From: an uncultured Desulfobacterales bacterium
Lineage (GTDB): Bacteria; Desulfobacterota; Desulfobacteria; Desulfobacterales; CAJINA01
Length of the DNA: 64,000 nucleotides
Reading direction: 5' to 3'
NCBI GenBank assembly: GCA_964636125.1
Contig: CAZWPX010000011.1
Span: 18,741-82,740 of the forward strand
Part shown: in pieces, positions 26,743-36,300 of the stretch
Numbering within the stretch: position 1 is the stretch's first letter
Layout: each line of letters starts with the position of its first letter
Position numbers and translations under genes: made by a program
Notes under the pieces: generated by a model
Seen by the model: the letters and a program-made list of their open reading frames with translations, nothing else
Databases searched by the model: none
Told to the model about the DNA's origin: nothing

Positions 26743-29025
26743 TTACTCAATCGGCGCCGTGTGACCGCAATCCCGGCTCAGACAAGCCAGGAACGTGCCC
26801 TTTTTCTTTGTGGTTTTTTCTACCAGGAAAGGTGCCTGGCAGATCGGGCAGGGGCTGTCAACCGGTTTGTCCCAGGTGGCATAGTTGCAGTCCGGGTAAC
26901 GGTTGCAGCCGTAAAAGACCTTGCCGCGTTTGGAATGCTTTTCGACAAGTTCGCCGGTACATTTCTTTTCCGGGCATTTCACACCGGTGGCACTCCCATT
27001 TCCGTTGGCATAGACAGACAGGGTGGTTTTGCAGTCCGGGTAACCGCTGCAGGCCAGGAAGGGGCCGAAGCGGCCCTGTTTGAGGACCATGGGCTTGCCG
27101 CATTTTTCACAGACTTTATCCGTGATCTCTTCTTTCGGGATTTCCACGGGGACAATCCGACCTTTCTCGTCCCGGTTGTAGTTACGCGTATAGCGGCAAT
27201 CCGGGTAGGCATTGCAGGCCAGGTAATGCCCGTTACGGCCGACCTTGATGTGCAGTTCATCCTGTTTACATTCCGGACAGGTCATGCCGGTGCGAATCCC
27301 TACGCCGCGCATGCTCAACATCTGGTCAGCGGCTTTATCCAGGTGGCCCTGGAAGGGTGTGTAGAATTTCGTCAGGATATCACTGGCCGCACTTTTATTT
27401 TCTTCAATGCTGTCCAGCTGGTCCTCAAGCTTGGCTGTGAAGTCCACATCAAACACTTCGGGAAAGTTATCAACCAGCAGGTCATTGACAATGAAACCGA
27501 GTTCACTGGGACGGAAGTACCTCTTAATGAGGTCGACATACCCCTTGTCCCGGATGGTGGAAAGGATGGCTGCATACGTGCTCGGCCGTCCGATGCCGTT
27601 TTCTTCCAATTCCTTTACAAGGGAAGCTTCCGAAAACCTGGGCGGCGGCTGGGTGAAGTGCTGTTTTGGGTCCAGTTTTATAAGGCCCAGCGGCATGTCT
27701 TCGGTCAACGCCGGTAATAGGCCTTTCTTTTTTTCATCTGCCTGGAGGTTTTCTTCTTCAACCGATTTATAGAGCCGCATGAAACCGTGAAACTTGATGG
27801 TCGAGCCCGAGGCTGAAAATTGGTAGTCGCCGGCCTGGATGGTAATGGAATTCTGGTTGATCAGGGCCGTTTGCATCTGGGATGCGACAAATCGCTTCCA
27901 GACAAGCGTATACAGTGCGAACTGGTCTTTGGTCAGGTAGGATTTAATTTTTTCCGGTGTATTGCCAACCGAGGTGGGTCGGATAGCTTCATGGGCATCC
28001 TGGGCTTTTTTCCGGTTTTTGAATTGCCGGGGGCTGTCCAGGGCGTATTCCGGACCGAAGGACTCTTTTATCAGCTGCATGGCCTCGAGGGCCGCTTCTT
28101 CAGAAATCCGGGTCGAGTCCGTACGCATGTAGGTGATCAAACCTTCGGGTTCCCCGGGCCCGATGTCAATGCCTTCGTACAGCTGCTGGGCAACGGCCAT
28201 GGTTTTTTTTGCTGAAAAGCGCAGCTTACGGATGGCCTCCTGCTGCAGTTTGCTGGTGATAAACGGGGGCAGCGGGTTGCGTTTTATGGTCTTTTGCCTG
28301 ACCTTGGCAACCTTGAAGGCGGCCTGCCGTAGATCCGCAACGATTCTGTCGGCAGTAGTGCCATCGGGGATGGCTATTTTTTTATTCTTTTCCCGGGTAA
28401 GCTTGGCTGCAAATGGCGGGGGGGTTTCCCCTTCGAGATTCGCGGTAATCGACCAGTACTCCTCGGGCGTAAAGGCCTGTATTTTTCTTTCGCGTTCACA
28501 GATGATGCGGACCGCCACCGACTGAACCCGTCCGGCACTGAGTCCGCCCTGGACTTTCCGCCAGAGAATGGGAGAGATCTGGTAGCCCACCAGGCGATCG
28601 AGAATCCGGCGTGCCTGCTGGGCTTCATATTTGCTGCGGTCCAGCGGTTCCGGTTTGTCCAGGGCCTGGAGAACGGCATTCTTGGTCAACTCATGGAATA
28701 AAATCCGATGGAATTTACGGCCCTTTTTCTTCAATACTTCAGAAGTGTGCCAGGCAATTGCCTCGCCTTCACGGTCGGGGTCGGGTGCCAGGTAAATGTC
28801 AGCCGTATCACCTGCGGATTTTTTCAGCTCTGTGATAATTTTCTTTTTCCCGGGAATTGTCTTGTATTTGGGTTTAAAATTATCTTCAAAATCAATCCCG
28901 ATTTCACGGGCGGGGAGGTCTTTGATATGGCCGACTGTGGCAGCCACATTGTAATCCTTGCCCACATATTTCTTAATGGTTCTGATTTTAGTGGGGGACT
29001 CAACGACGATCAGTGGTTTGGACAC
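26743..29025 (-). CDS. topA: DNA topoisomerase I with C-terminal zinc-ribbon repeats
   Basis: The TOPRIM N-terminus LIVVESPTKIRTIKKY is present, followed by ITYMRTDS (active-site Tyr region). The C-terminus has several CPxC...C..C zinc fingers. Confidence 0.95.
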   Translation of the reverse strand: MSKPLIVVESPTKIRTIKKYVGKDYNVAATVGHIKDLPAREIGIDFEDNFKPKYKTIPGKKKIITELKKSAGDTADIYLAPDPDREGEAIAWHTSEVLKKKGRKFHRILFHELTKNAVLQALDKPEPLDRSKYEAQQARRILDRLVGYQISPILWRKVQGGLSAGRVQSVAVRIICERERKIQAFTPEEYWSITANLEGETPPPFAAKLTREKNKKIAIPDGTTADRIVADLRQAAFKVAKVRQKTIKRNPLPPFITSKLQQEAIRKLRFSAKKTMAVAQQLYEGIDIGPGEPEGLITYMRTDSTRISEEAALEAMQLIKESFGPEYALDSPRQFKNRKKAQDAHEAIRPTSVGNTPEKIKSYLTKDQFALYTLVWKRFVASQMQTALINQNSITIQAGDYQFSASGSTIKFHGFMRLYKSVEEENLQADEKKKGLLPALTEDMPLGLIKLDPKQHFTQPPPRFSEASLVKELEENGIGRPSTYAAILSTIRDKGYVDLIKRYFRPSELGFIVNDLLVDNFPEVFDVDFTAKLEDQLDSIEENKSAASDILTKFYTPFQGHLDKAADQMLSMRGVGIRTGMTCPECKQDELHIKVGRNGHYLACNAYPDCRYTRNYNRDEKGRIVPVEIPKEEITDKVCEKCGKPMVLKQGRFGPFLACSGYPDCKTTLSVYANGNGSATGVKCPEKKCTGELVEKHSKRGKVFYGCNRYPDCNYATWDKPVDSPCPICQAPFLVEKTTKKKGTFLACLSRDCGHTAPIE

Positions 29026-29092
29026 GGTAATTCCTCAATACTTAGTGTAAATTTTGGCTGAATAAACAAAGTGCAGCCCCGGAGCCATCCGG

Positions 29093-30223
29093 TTATTTAA
29101 TCAAGCCCGCCGCGCGGGCCTGAAGGCTGAACAAACTGCCCGGTTTCTGATTTACCAGGCCCTTTAATTCAAGTTGGAGCAGCGTCGCCGCAAGTTCTCC
29201 TGCTTCCAGTTCAAGCTTGCGTACCAGCGTATCGATATGCACAGGGTATACATCCAGTTCAGCCAGAATTCGGTTCTCCCCGGGTGACACACTCGGTGCG
29301 CCGGACGGGAGTGCCGCCCGCTGGCTGCTGGCAGCCACAGCCTGTAGCTGACAGTCAATCGGCAGTTCTTCCAGAATGTCTCGGGCGTTCTCAACCAGTT
29401 TGGCCCCCTGCTTGATCAGGCTGTGGGTGCCGGTGCTTTTGAACGACTGGATACTCCCGGGTACGGCAAACACCTCACGGTTTTGCTCGGCGGCCAGCCG
29501 GGCGGTAATGAGCGACCCGCTTTTCAGCGTGGCCTCCACAACCAGGGTCCCCAGGGCCATGCCGCTGATGATCCGGTTGCGGGCCGGAAAGTGCCTGGCA
29601 TCCGGCTGGGCATCAAGATCAAATTCAGATACGACCGCTCCGCTCTCAGCAATTGCCCTGAACAGTTTGCGATTTTCCGCCGGATAGATCCTGTTCAATC
29701 CGGAGCCCAGAACAGCCACAGTCCGGCCGCCGGCCTGCAGGGTGCTTGTGTGGGCACAGGTGTCAATACCCAGGGCCATACCGCTGACAACCGTCAGCCG
29801 GCAGGCCGCGAGGTCTGCACACAGGCGGCGGGCAATTGATCTGCCGTAACCGGTTGCATTTCGCGACCCAACCACGGCAATGGCCTGCATTGCCGGTTCA
29901 AGTTTCCCCAAGATGTACAGGCAGGGTGGGGGATCAGGTATCTGTCGCAACAGCCGCGGATATTCGGCATCGTTCAAAGTCAGCACCCGGCACCCGGATT
30001 TTACAATGGCCGCGAGCAGTGTTTCGATGCGCTTGGGCGCTTGTCTGTGATCGGCAATGGAGGCGGCCAGCCTGGCCGAGATGCCTTCGACGGTGGCAAG
30101 CTCCTCACGCGAGGCCTCAAATACCTGCCGGGGCGAGGAGAACTGGTCCACAAGCCGTCTGAAGAGCAGATTCCCAATCCCGGGTACATTTTTCAGGTTA
30201 AACCACGGGATCAGGTGTTCCAT
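29093..30223 (-). CDS. dprA: DNA-processing protein DprA (Smf)
   Basis: The sequence contains AVVGSRNATGYG, VVSGMALGIDTCAH, GSGLNRIYPAEN and FPARNRIISG. Confidence 0.9.
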   Translation of the reverse strand: MEHLIPWFNLKNVPGIGNLLFRRLVDQFSSPRQVFEASREELATVEGISARLAASIADHRQAPKRIETLLAAIVKSGCRVLTLNDAEYPRLLRQIPDPPPCLYILGKLEPAMQAIAVVGSRNATGYGRSIARRLCADLAACRLTVVSGMALGIDTCAHTSTLQAGGRTVAVLGSGLNRIYPAENRKLFRAIAESGAVVSEFDLDAQPDARHFPARNRIISGMALGTLVVEATLKSGSLITARLAAEQNREVFAVPGSIQSFKSTGTHSLIKQGAKLVENARDILEELPIDCQLQAVAASSQRAALPSGAPSVSPGENRILAELDVYPVHIDTLVRKLELEAGELAATLLQLELKGLVNQKPGSLFSLQARAAGLIK

Positions 30224-30266
30224 TTTTATGCAACCTTATGACACAGCCTCGGTGTGTCGGTTTTCT

Positions 30267-31301
30267 TTACTTGGTCCTCTTTTGCCAAATCAGCAAAATT
30301 GGACTGGCCACAAAGATCGATGAATAGGTACCGATTAAAACACCCACAATCATTGCAAACGCAAAATCGTGAATTATCCCGCCGCCCAATATGAAAAGGG
30401 ACAGCAGCACCATGAGGGTTGTCATGGATGTGAGTATGGTTCGGCTGAGCGTTTCATTGATACTTTTGTTAATAATAAATTCCAGTGGATTTTTATGATA
30501 CCGCCGCAGGTTTTCACGGATGCGGTCAAAGACAATAATCGTGTCATTCAGCGAATACCCAATAATGGTCAGCAGGGCCGCAATGATCGGAAGGGTAAAC
30601 TCTTTATCGAACAGTGAGAAAATACCGATAGTGATGGTCACATCATGCACCAGGGCCACAATTGCACCCATGGCGAATTTAAGTTCCAGAAACCAGAACA
30701 GGACCAGGGTTACCAGCAGGGCTGCGGCCATTAAATAGGGGATCGGAACGTCGAAAAGACCCAGGGCATAGACTGCGGAAAAGAGCAGGGCGGCCACCAC
30801 ACCACTGAGCATCCATTTGAGTTCAAACCGGCCGGAAATGTAGATGGTAATAAATAAGAGCGCACAGAACATGGCAAAGAGTGCTTTTTCACGCAGGTCT
30901 TTGCCCACCTGGGGACCCACCATCTCAACCCTGCGTATTTCAACCGCGCTGCCCGTAGCGCTTGCCAAGGCTGACCTGATCCGGCCGGTGAAGTCCTCAC
31001 CGGTCGTCAGTGAGTTATCGGTGCGGATCAGGTACTCGTTGTCGCCGCTGTCCCCGAAAGTCTGAACCGAAGAGCCCTGCAGGGTCATGGAGGCCAGTCC
31101 CGATTTGACGGTGTCCAGTGTAACCGGGTCCTGAAATTTTACCTGGATGAGGGTTCCGCCGGCAAAATCGATGCCATAGCGCGGACCGTGTTTAGCGATC
31201 AGGGATCCAAAACTGATCAGGATGAACACGGCGGATAAGACAAAGGCAATTTTTCTTTTCCCAATGAAGTCCTTGTTAATGTCGGGTTTAATGAACTGCA
31301 T
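30267..31301 (-). CDS. secF: Protein translocase subunit SecF
   Basis: The sequence contains GIDFAGGTLIQV, YSLNDTIIVFDRIRE and multiple TM segments. Confidence 0.9.
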   Translation of the reverse strand: MQFIKPDINKDFIGKRKIAFVLSAVFILISFGSLIAKHGPRYGIDFAGGTLIQVKFQDPVTLDTVKSGLASMTLQGSSVQTFGDSGDNEYLIRTDNSLTTGEDFTGRIRSALASATGSAVEIRRVEMVGPQVGKDLREKALFAMFCALLFITIYISGRFELKWMLSGVVAALLFSAVYALGLFDVPIPYLMAAALLVTLVLFWFLELKFAMGAIVALVHDVTITIGIFSLFDKEFTLPIIAALLTIIGYSLNDTIIVFDRIRENLRRYHKNPLEFIINKSINETLSRTILTSMTTLMVLLSLFILGGGIIHDFAFAMIVGVLIGTYSSIFVASPILLIWQKRTK

Positions 31302-31369
31302 AGATCAGGTCCTTTATGGCGCTTTTTATGGTGACCCGGCGTCTTGATAAAGTGCCGGACGTACAGGTT

Positions 31370-32947
31370 TTAGATACTCAAATTGCGAATCTTCCGCCCT
31401 ATCAGGAAATAGTTGAAGATCGAGCGCGACAGCACCAGTGCCGTGAAGAGGCTGGCAATTACACCCAGGCAGAGGGTGACCGCAAAACCTTTAACCGGGC
31501 CGGTTCCGAACTGAAATAGAACCAGGGCGGCAATCAGGGTGGTGACATTCGCATCCAGAATGGTGAGGGTGGCCCGCTCAAATCCAGCATCCACAGCAGC
31601 CCAGGGGGTTTTCCCCAGGGCCATCTCTTCGCGGATACGTTCGAAAATCAGCACGTTGGCGTCTACTGCCATGCCAATGGTCAGGATAATGCCGGCGATG
31701 CCGGGGAGCGTCAGCGTGGCTTGAAAAGCGGCCAGCCCGCCGGCGATCAGCAGGATGTTCAATATAAGAGCAAAATCCGCTATGATGCCGGAGCCTTTGT
31801 AGTAGACGATCATGAACAGTATCACCAGGATACCGCCCACCAGCATTGAGATCAGACCTGTTTTGATGGAGTCGGCCCCCAGTGACGGCCCGACGGTGCG
31901 TTCTTCAAGAATGGTGACCGGTGCGGGCAGGGCGCCGGCTCTGAGCACGATGGCCAGATCGCGGGCCTCTTCAGTGGTAAAGTTGCCGGTAATCCGAGCC
32001 TCTCCCCCGGTGATTTTATCCTGGATGACCGGAGCGGAGTGGACCTTGTTGTCCAGCACGATGGCCAGGCGTTTTTGCACATTCTGTTCGGTCACCCGGG
32101 CAAAGATACGCCCGCCTTTCTTATCAAATTTTATGGATACATAGGGTTCGTTGTACTGCGAATCGATCTGAACCCTGGCATCGGTCAGGGATGCACCGGT
32201 CAGAACGGCCCGTTTTTTGATGAGCAGGGGTGTTTTCGTGGTGCGGTTGGTCTCGCGGTCTTCGGTCACCTGGTAAAGAATCTCACTGCCCCGGGGTACG
32301 GAACCCTCCAGGGCGGTTTCAATATCTCGGGTTTCATCCAAAAGTTTGAATTCAAGCAGGGCGGTTTTTCCGATCAGGTCTTTGGCCCGCTGGGTGTCAC
32401 TGATTCCCGGGAGCTGGATCAAAATCCGCTTTTCACCCTGACGGCGGATATCCGGTTCGCTGACGCCAAACTGATCAATCCGGTTGCGGATGGTTTCCAG
32501 GGCCTGGTCCGTGGAGGATTTTTTAATCAGGTCCGTCTCTTTTTCAGGCAGGTTCAGCACCATCTCGAGGGTGTCGGCAGCCAGATTTTCATTTTCAATT
32601 CTCAGGTCCGGGAAGTCCGTGTCCAGGGTCTTGCGGAAATTTTCAATGTGTTTATCACCATTGATCTTGATTAAGATATTGGTTTTATCGACATGTTCCA
32701 CAGTCCGGTAGCGGATACGTTCCTTTTTGAGCTGGTCGCGAATTTCGTGGGTCAGGCGCTCAATCCGGCCTTCAACCGCCTTGTCGGTGTCCACTTCAAG
32801 CACTAGGTGCATGCCGCCCTGGAGATCAAGGCCGAGGTTAATCTTTTTACCATGCAGGATGCCTGGTTTAAAGGTCGGCAGGACGTAGACAATTGCGGTC
32901 ACAATTACCGCAATAATAACAACCAGTCTCCATGAAATGTTTTTCAA
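31370..32947 (-). CDS. secD: Protein translocase subunit SecD
   Basis: The sequence contains LGLDLQGGMHLVLEVD, TLPGIAGIILTIGMAVDANVLIFERIREE and TM segments. Confidence 0.9.
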   Translation of the reverse strand: MKNISWRLVVIIAVIVTAIVYVLPTFKPGILHGKKINLGLDLQGGMHLVLEVDTDKAVEGRIERLTHEIRDQLKKERIRYRTVEHVDKTNILIKINGDKHIENFRKTLDTDFPDLRIENENLAADTLEMVLNLPEKETDLIKKSSTDQALETIRNRIDQFGVSEPDIRRQGEKRILIQLPGISDTQRAKDLIGKTALLEFKLLDETRDIETALEGSVPRGSEILYQVTEDRETNRTTKTPLLIKKRAVLTGASLTDARVQIDSQYNEPYVSIKFDKKGGRIFARVTEQNVQKRLAIVLDNKVHSAPVIQDKITGGEARITGNFTTEEARDLAIVLRAGALPAPVTILEERTVGPSLGADSIKTGLISMLVGGILVILFMIVYYKGSGIIADFALILNILLIAGGLAAFQATLTLPGIAGIILTIGMAVDANVLIFERIREEMALGKTPWAAVDAGFERATLTILDANVTTLIAALVLFQFGTGPVKGFAVTLCLGVIASLFTALVLSRSIFNYFLIGRKIRNLSI

Positions 32948-33118
32948 TGATCTGATCCTCTGTCTGAAAAGTTTTGGGTTGCAGTTACCAAATACGAATG
33001 AGAACCCTCCGGGAAAAAGTCAGCCCGACACCATATAAAAGCCCGGTGTGAGAGTGCCGCGAAACGCGGTGCTTCACACGGGGCTTGCGGACGCGAACTG
33101 GAGATGTTTTTCCCCGGG

Positions 33119-33463
33119 CTATTTTTTCTCTTTTTTCGGCGGCGGCGATGTCGATGCGAGCACGGAAACATTACCCCGGGCAATTTTAACCCGGACTTTG
33201 TCCGCGATTTCGACAGTTAACGTATTTTCATCCAATCCGGTAATCCGGCCGTAAAGGCCGCCACTGGTTACGATGCGGTCGCCTCTTTTGAGGCTGCCAA
33301 TCATTTCCCGATGCTCTTTTGCTTTTTTCTGCTGGGGTCGGATCAGTAAAAAATAAAAAATAACGAACATCAGGATCAGCGGAATAAATGAAGTGAAACC
33401 GCCTGCTCCTGCCTGGGCGGATGCTCCGCCGCCCTGGCCCATCGCATATGCTATACTGGTCAA
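33119..33463 (-). CDS. yajC: Preprotein translocase subunit YajC
   Basis: The sequence contains FIPLILMFVIFYFLLIRPQQKKAKEH and GDRIVTSGGLYGRI. Confidence 0.9.
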   Translation of the reverse strand: MTSIAYAMGQGGGASAQAGAGGFTSFIPLILMFVIFYFLLIRPQQKKAKEHREMIGSLKRGDRIVTSGGLYGRITGLDENTLTVEIADKVRVKIARGNVSVLASTSPPPKKEKK

Positions 33464-33688
33464 GTTTAAATCCTCCTGATTTAAGGCTTACCCGAGGCAG
33501 CGGGCCTTGATCCCGGCAACCGCAGGTATTTAAAAATGAGGGCCTCTTTATATAGTATGGTGAGACCTGGAAATGGGGATGTATACAGGATATGGAAAGC
33601 CGCGTCAAATAGTTTTTCAGCTCCCGCTTCCATCCGGTGGTCTCGAATCCGTTCCCGGGTTTATCAGTCTATACACGCAGTCGGTGCA

Positions 33689-34474
33689 TTAATCCGCCGG
33701 TATCCAGATATTTTCGCCATCGAAGCGGATGCGATTGACATTGTGGTAGTCCACCTGATCGAGCAGCTCGAAAACCCGGTCCATTTTGTATACAACGATC
33801 TTTGTCAACGGCCGGAGCAGGTTGATGTCTGCGGTCAGTTGCCGCTCTTTAAGGTTGTAAATGTAGACCATATTTTCTGAGAATTTCAACAGCTTGCCAA
33901 TCCCTGAGCTGTGTCCTGCGCGGTCCGGTTCGTCGGATTCCTCCGGCAGGGTAATGTTATGGTTTACCAGGTAAGCTTTGAGCAGCTTGAAGTGAATGTT
34001 CCAGATGTTGTCCCCCGGTTTGACGACATAGATACCATAGGCCCCCGAGCCGGTAACGCCTGCGGTGGTCAGGTCTTTTTCGGTAATGCCGCCTTCTCGG
34101 GCCTGGATGGATTCGCTCAGTTCCCTGACCGAAACCGTCTGGTCACCGACTTTGATCGCTTCGCCTTCTTTGACGATCATGTCCAGGCCCTCTTTGATGC
34201 CGTAAGAGGCCTTGCGGTCTTCCATCAGCCGGTCCTTGCGGGCCTTATTGTATTCAATAATAGGTTGGTCCTGGACTTTTAATGTACTGCTGTCGGTGGG
34301 CGGCTGAACGGGTTCCCGGGCAGCTTCTTCCGGCTGCCGCAAGAACCACAGCCCGGCGAAAAGAGCCACCAGGAGCCCTACGGTAATGACAACGGTGACT
34401 GTTTTGCGACTGGATTTCGGACGGTCGCCAGGTTGATCGTCATTTCGACTGGTGGTGGGGGTGCTTGTGGTCAT
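33689..34474 (-). CDS. Membrane-anchored hypothetical protein with a possible LysM-like segment
   Basis: An N-terminal TM segment (VTVVITVGLLVALFAGLWFL) is present. YVVKPGDNIWNIHFKLL resembles the start of a LysM motif. Confidence 0.4.
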   Translation of the reverse strand: MTTSTPTTSRNDDQPGDRPKSSRKTVTVVITVGLLVALFAGLWFLRQPEEAAREPVQPPTDSSTLKVQDQPIIEYNKARKDRLMEDRKASYGIKEGLDMIVKEGEAIKVGDQTVSVRELSESIQAREGGITEKDLTTAGVTGSGAYGIYVVKPGDNIWNIHFKLLKAYLVNHNITLPEESDEPDRAGHSSGIGKLLKFSENMVYIYNLKERQLTADINLLRPLTKIVVYKMDRVFELLDQVDYHNVNRIRFDGENIWIPAD

Positions 34475-34482
34475 CGTTCTCC

Positions 34483-35946
34483 TTATTTTTCACAGATGAT
34501 CCGGTTTTCACCGGGAACCATTTTCATGTCGCCTTCTATGGTGATGCTGACATGCCGGCGCTGCTCAAGGTCCAGCAGTTCCTTGCGTTTTTTATTGAGG
34601 ATATAGTCCGCAACAGAGAGCGGTACAATCCCGCGCGCTGCGGTTGTCCCCGGTTTTAACAATTCCAGGCTGAGTTGCCGCAAGAATCCGGTACCCAGGG
34701 CCTCTGCTGAAAGGACCAGTCCTCTACCGTTGCAATGGGCACAGGTTTCAAAGCGCCCGTACTCAATGGAAGGCCGGATACGCTGCCGGGACATCTCCAG
34801 CAGGCCGAATTGCGATATGCGGCCGATTCTTGTCCGGGCCTTGTCATTTTTCACATGGGTTTTTAGGGTGCGTTCAACCTCGGATTTGTTTTTAGAATCG
34901 CGCATGTCGATAAAATCGATAACAATCAGTCCACCCAGATCCCGCAGCCGCAGCTGCCGGGCGATCTCCTCAGCGGCTTCTATGTTGGTTTGCAGGGCGG
35001 TTTCCTCTATGGATTTGGCTTTGGTGGCCTTTCCGGAATTGACATCGACGGCCACCAGGGCTTCTGCCTGTTCCAGGACGATGGAGCCTCCCGATTTGAG
35101 ATTTACCCTGCTTTCGTAGATCGAAGCGATCTGGTTTTCCAGCTGGAATTTAGAGAAAATGGGTTTTTCACCCTTGTACTGCTTGACGATTTTGGCGTGT
35201 TTGGGTGAAATGATCCCCACAAAATCCCGTGCTTCCCGGTATACATCACTGTGGTCGATCAGGATCTCATTGATGTCGGGTGTAAAATAGTCCCGTATGG
35301 ACCGAACCACCAGGTTGCGCTCCTTGTAAAGCAGCGCGGGGGCGGTTTCCTGCATGACCTGGTCCTTGATACTTTTCCACAGGCGCATCAGGTGGCTCAA
35401 ATCCTTGGAGAGGAGGGTCTTGGTACAGCCGATGCCGGCGGTACGCACGATCAGCCCGAAGCCTTCCGGGAGTGTCAGTTTTCCGATAGCTGTTTTAAGT
35501 CGGGTGCGTTCTTTTTCATCGCTGATTTTCCGTGATATGCCGCGGGTTGTGCTTCCCGGCATCAGGACAATATGCCGTCCCGGGAGGGAGATATTGGTGG
35601 TGAGCATGGCCCCTTTTTTCATAATCGGGTCCTTGGTCACCTGTACGAGAAGTTCCTGGCCTTTGTGCACCAATTGGGTGATGTTCCGGTTGCCGGACGG
35701 ATTGTCCTGGTAATAATCGCTGTGAATTTCGTGTTTCTGCAGGAAACCGTGACGTTCGGCGCCATAGTCGATAAAAACAGCCTGCAGGCTGGGTTCTACC
35801 CTGGTGATGGTGCCTTTATAGATGTTGCCATGTGTGATTTCGCGCGAAGCACTTTCAATATGAAACTCTTCAAGTTTGCTGTCGTTTAGTTTGGCGATGC
35901 GGCATTCCTCGGCATCGACTGCGTTGATGAGAATTTTGCATGTCAT
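34483..35946 (-). CDS. rng: Rne/Rng family ribonuclease (RNase G-like)
   Basis: An S1 domain (GNIYKGTITRVEPSLQAVFIDYG) is present, with VAVDVNSGK, GGLIVIDFIDM and a CxxC zinc link. Confidence 0.9.
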   Translation of the reverse strand: MTCKILINAVDAEECRIAKLNDSKLEEFHIESASREITHGNIYKGTITRVEPSLQAVFIDYGAERHGFLQKHEIHSDYYQDNPSGNRNITQLVHKGQELLVQVTKDPIMKKGAMLTTNISLPGRHIVLMPGSTTRGISRKISDEKERTRLKTAIGKLTLPEGFGLIVRTAGIGCTKTLLSKDLSHLMRLWKSIKDQVMQETAPALLYKERNLVVRSIRDYFTPDINEILIDHSDVYREARDFVGIISPKHAKIVKQYKGEKPIFSKFQLENQIASIYESRVNLKSGGSIVLEQAEALVAVDVNSGKATKAKSIEETALQTNIEAAEEIARQLRLRDLGGLIVIDFIDMRDSKNKSEVERTLKTHVKNDKARTRIGRISQFGLLEMSRQRIRPSIEYGRFETCAHCNGRGLVLSAEALGTGFLRQLSLELLKPGTTAARGIVPLSVADYILNKKRKELLDLEQRRHVSITIEGDMKMVPGENRIICEK

Positions 35947-36300
35947 AAAAGTATCTGATTCCTTAATGTATTTATTGATAAGAATGGTTTTTCGGGCCAG
36001 GGATAGCAGCGGGGACTGTCCCGGTCAGACCGGAGTCTGCGTAGCGTGCTCCGGATATTCTCAGTGTCGTGGCAAATTACGTATCTGCCTGTATTTTGAA
36101 TGAATATGTAATTGGTACGGACAAGTCAAACAGTTTATGGATGCAGCCTTGCTATTTTAACGGGGTTGTGGCATTTAGGGGCACACCAACCGCCTGCAGG
36201 GCCTGTGGGCTGAACTGTTTGTAATAACACACTGATAACTGGATACGGGCCTGGCCGGCCAGGCAGATATTCAGACCGTGACGCGAGAGGAACAGATGCG

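Noticed and set aside
26728-27717. 329-aa plus-strand ORF
   Set aside because: It is antisense to the zinc-finger region of topA. It is a shadow ORF.
35947-36300. Possible T-box or other leader upstream of leuS
   Set aside because: I found no specifier-loop or T-box (tRNA acceptor-binding) sequence, no terminator with a U-tail and no Leu-rich mini-ORF.
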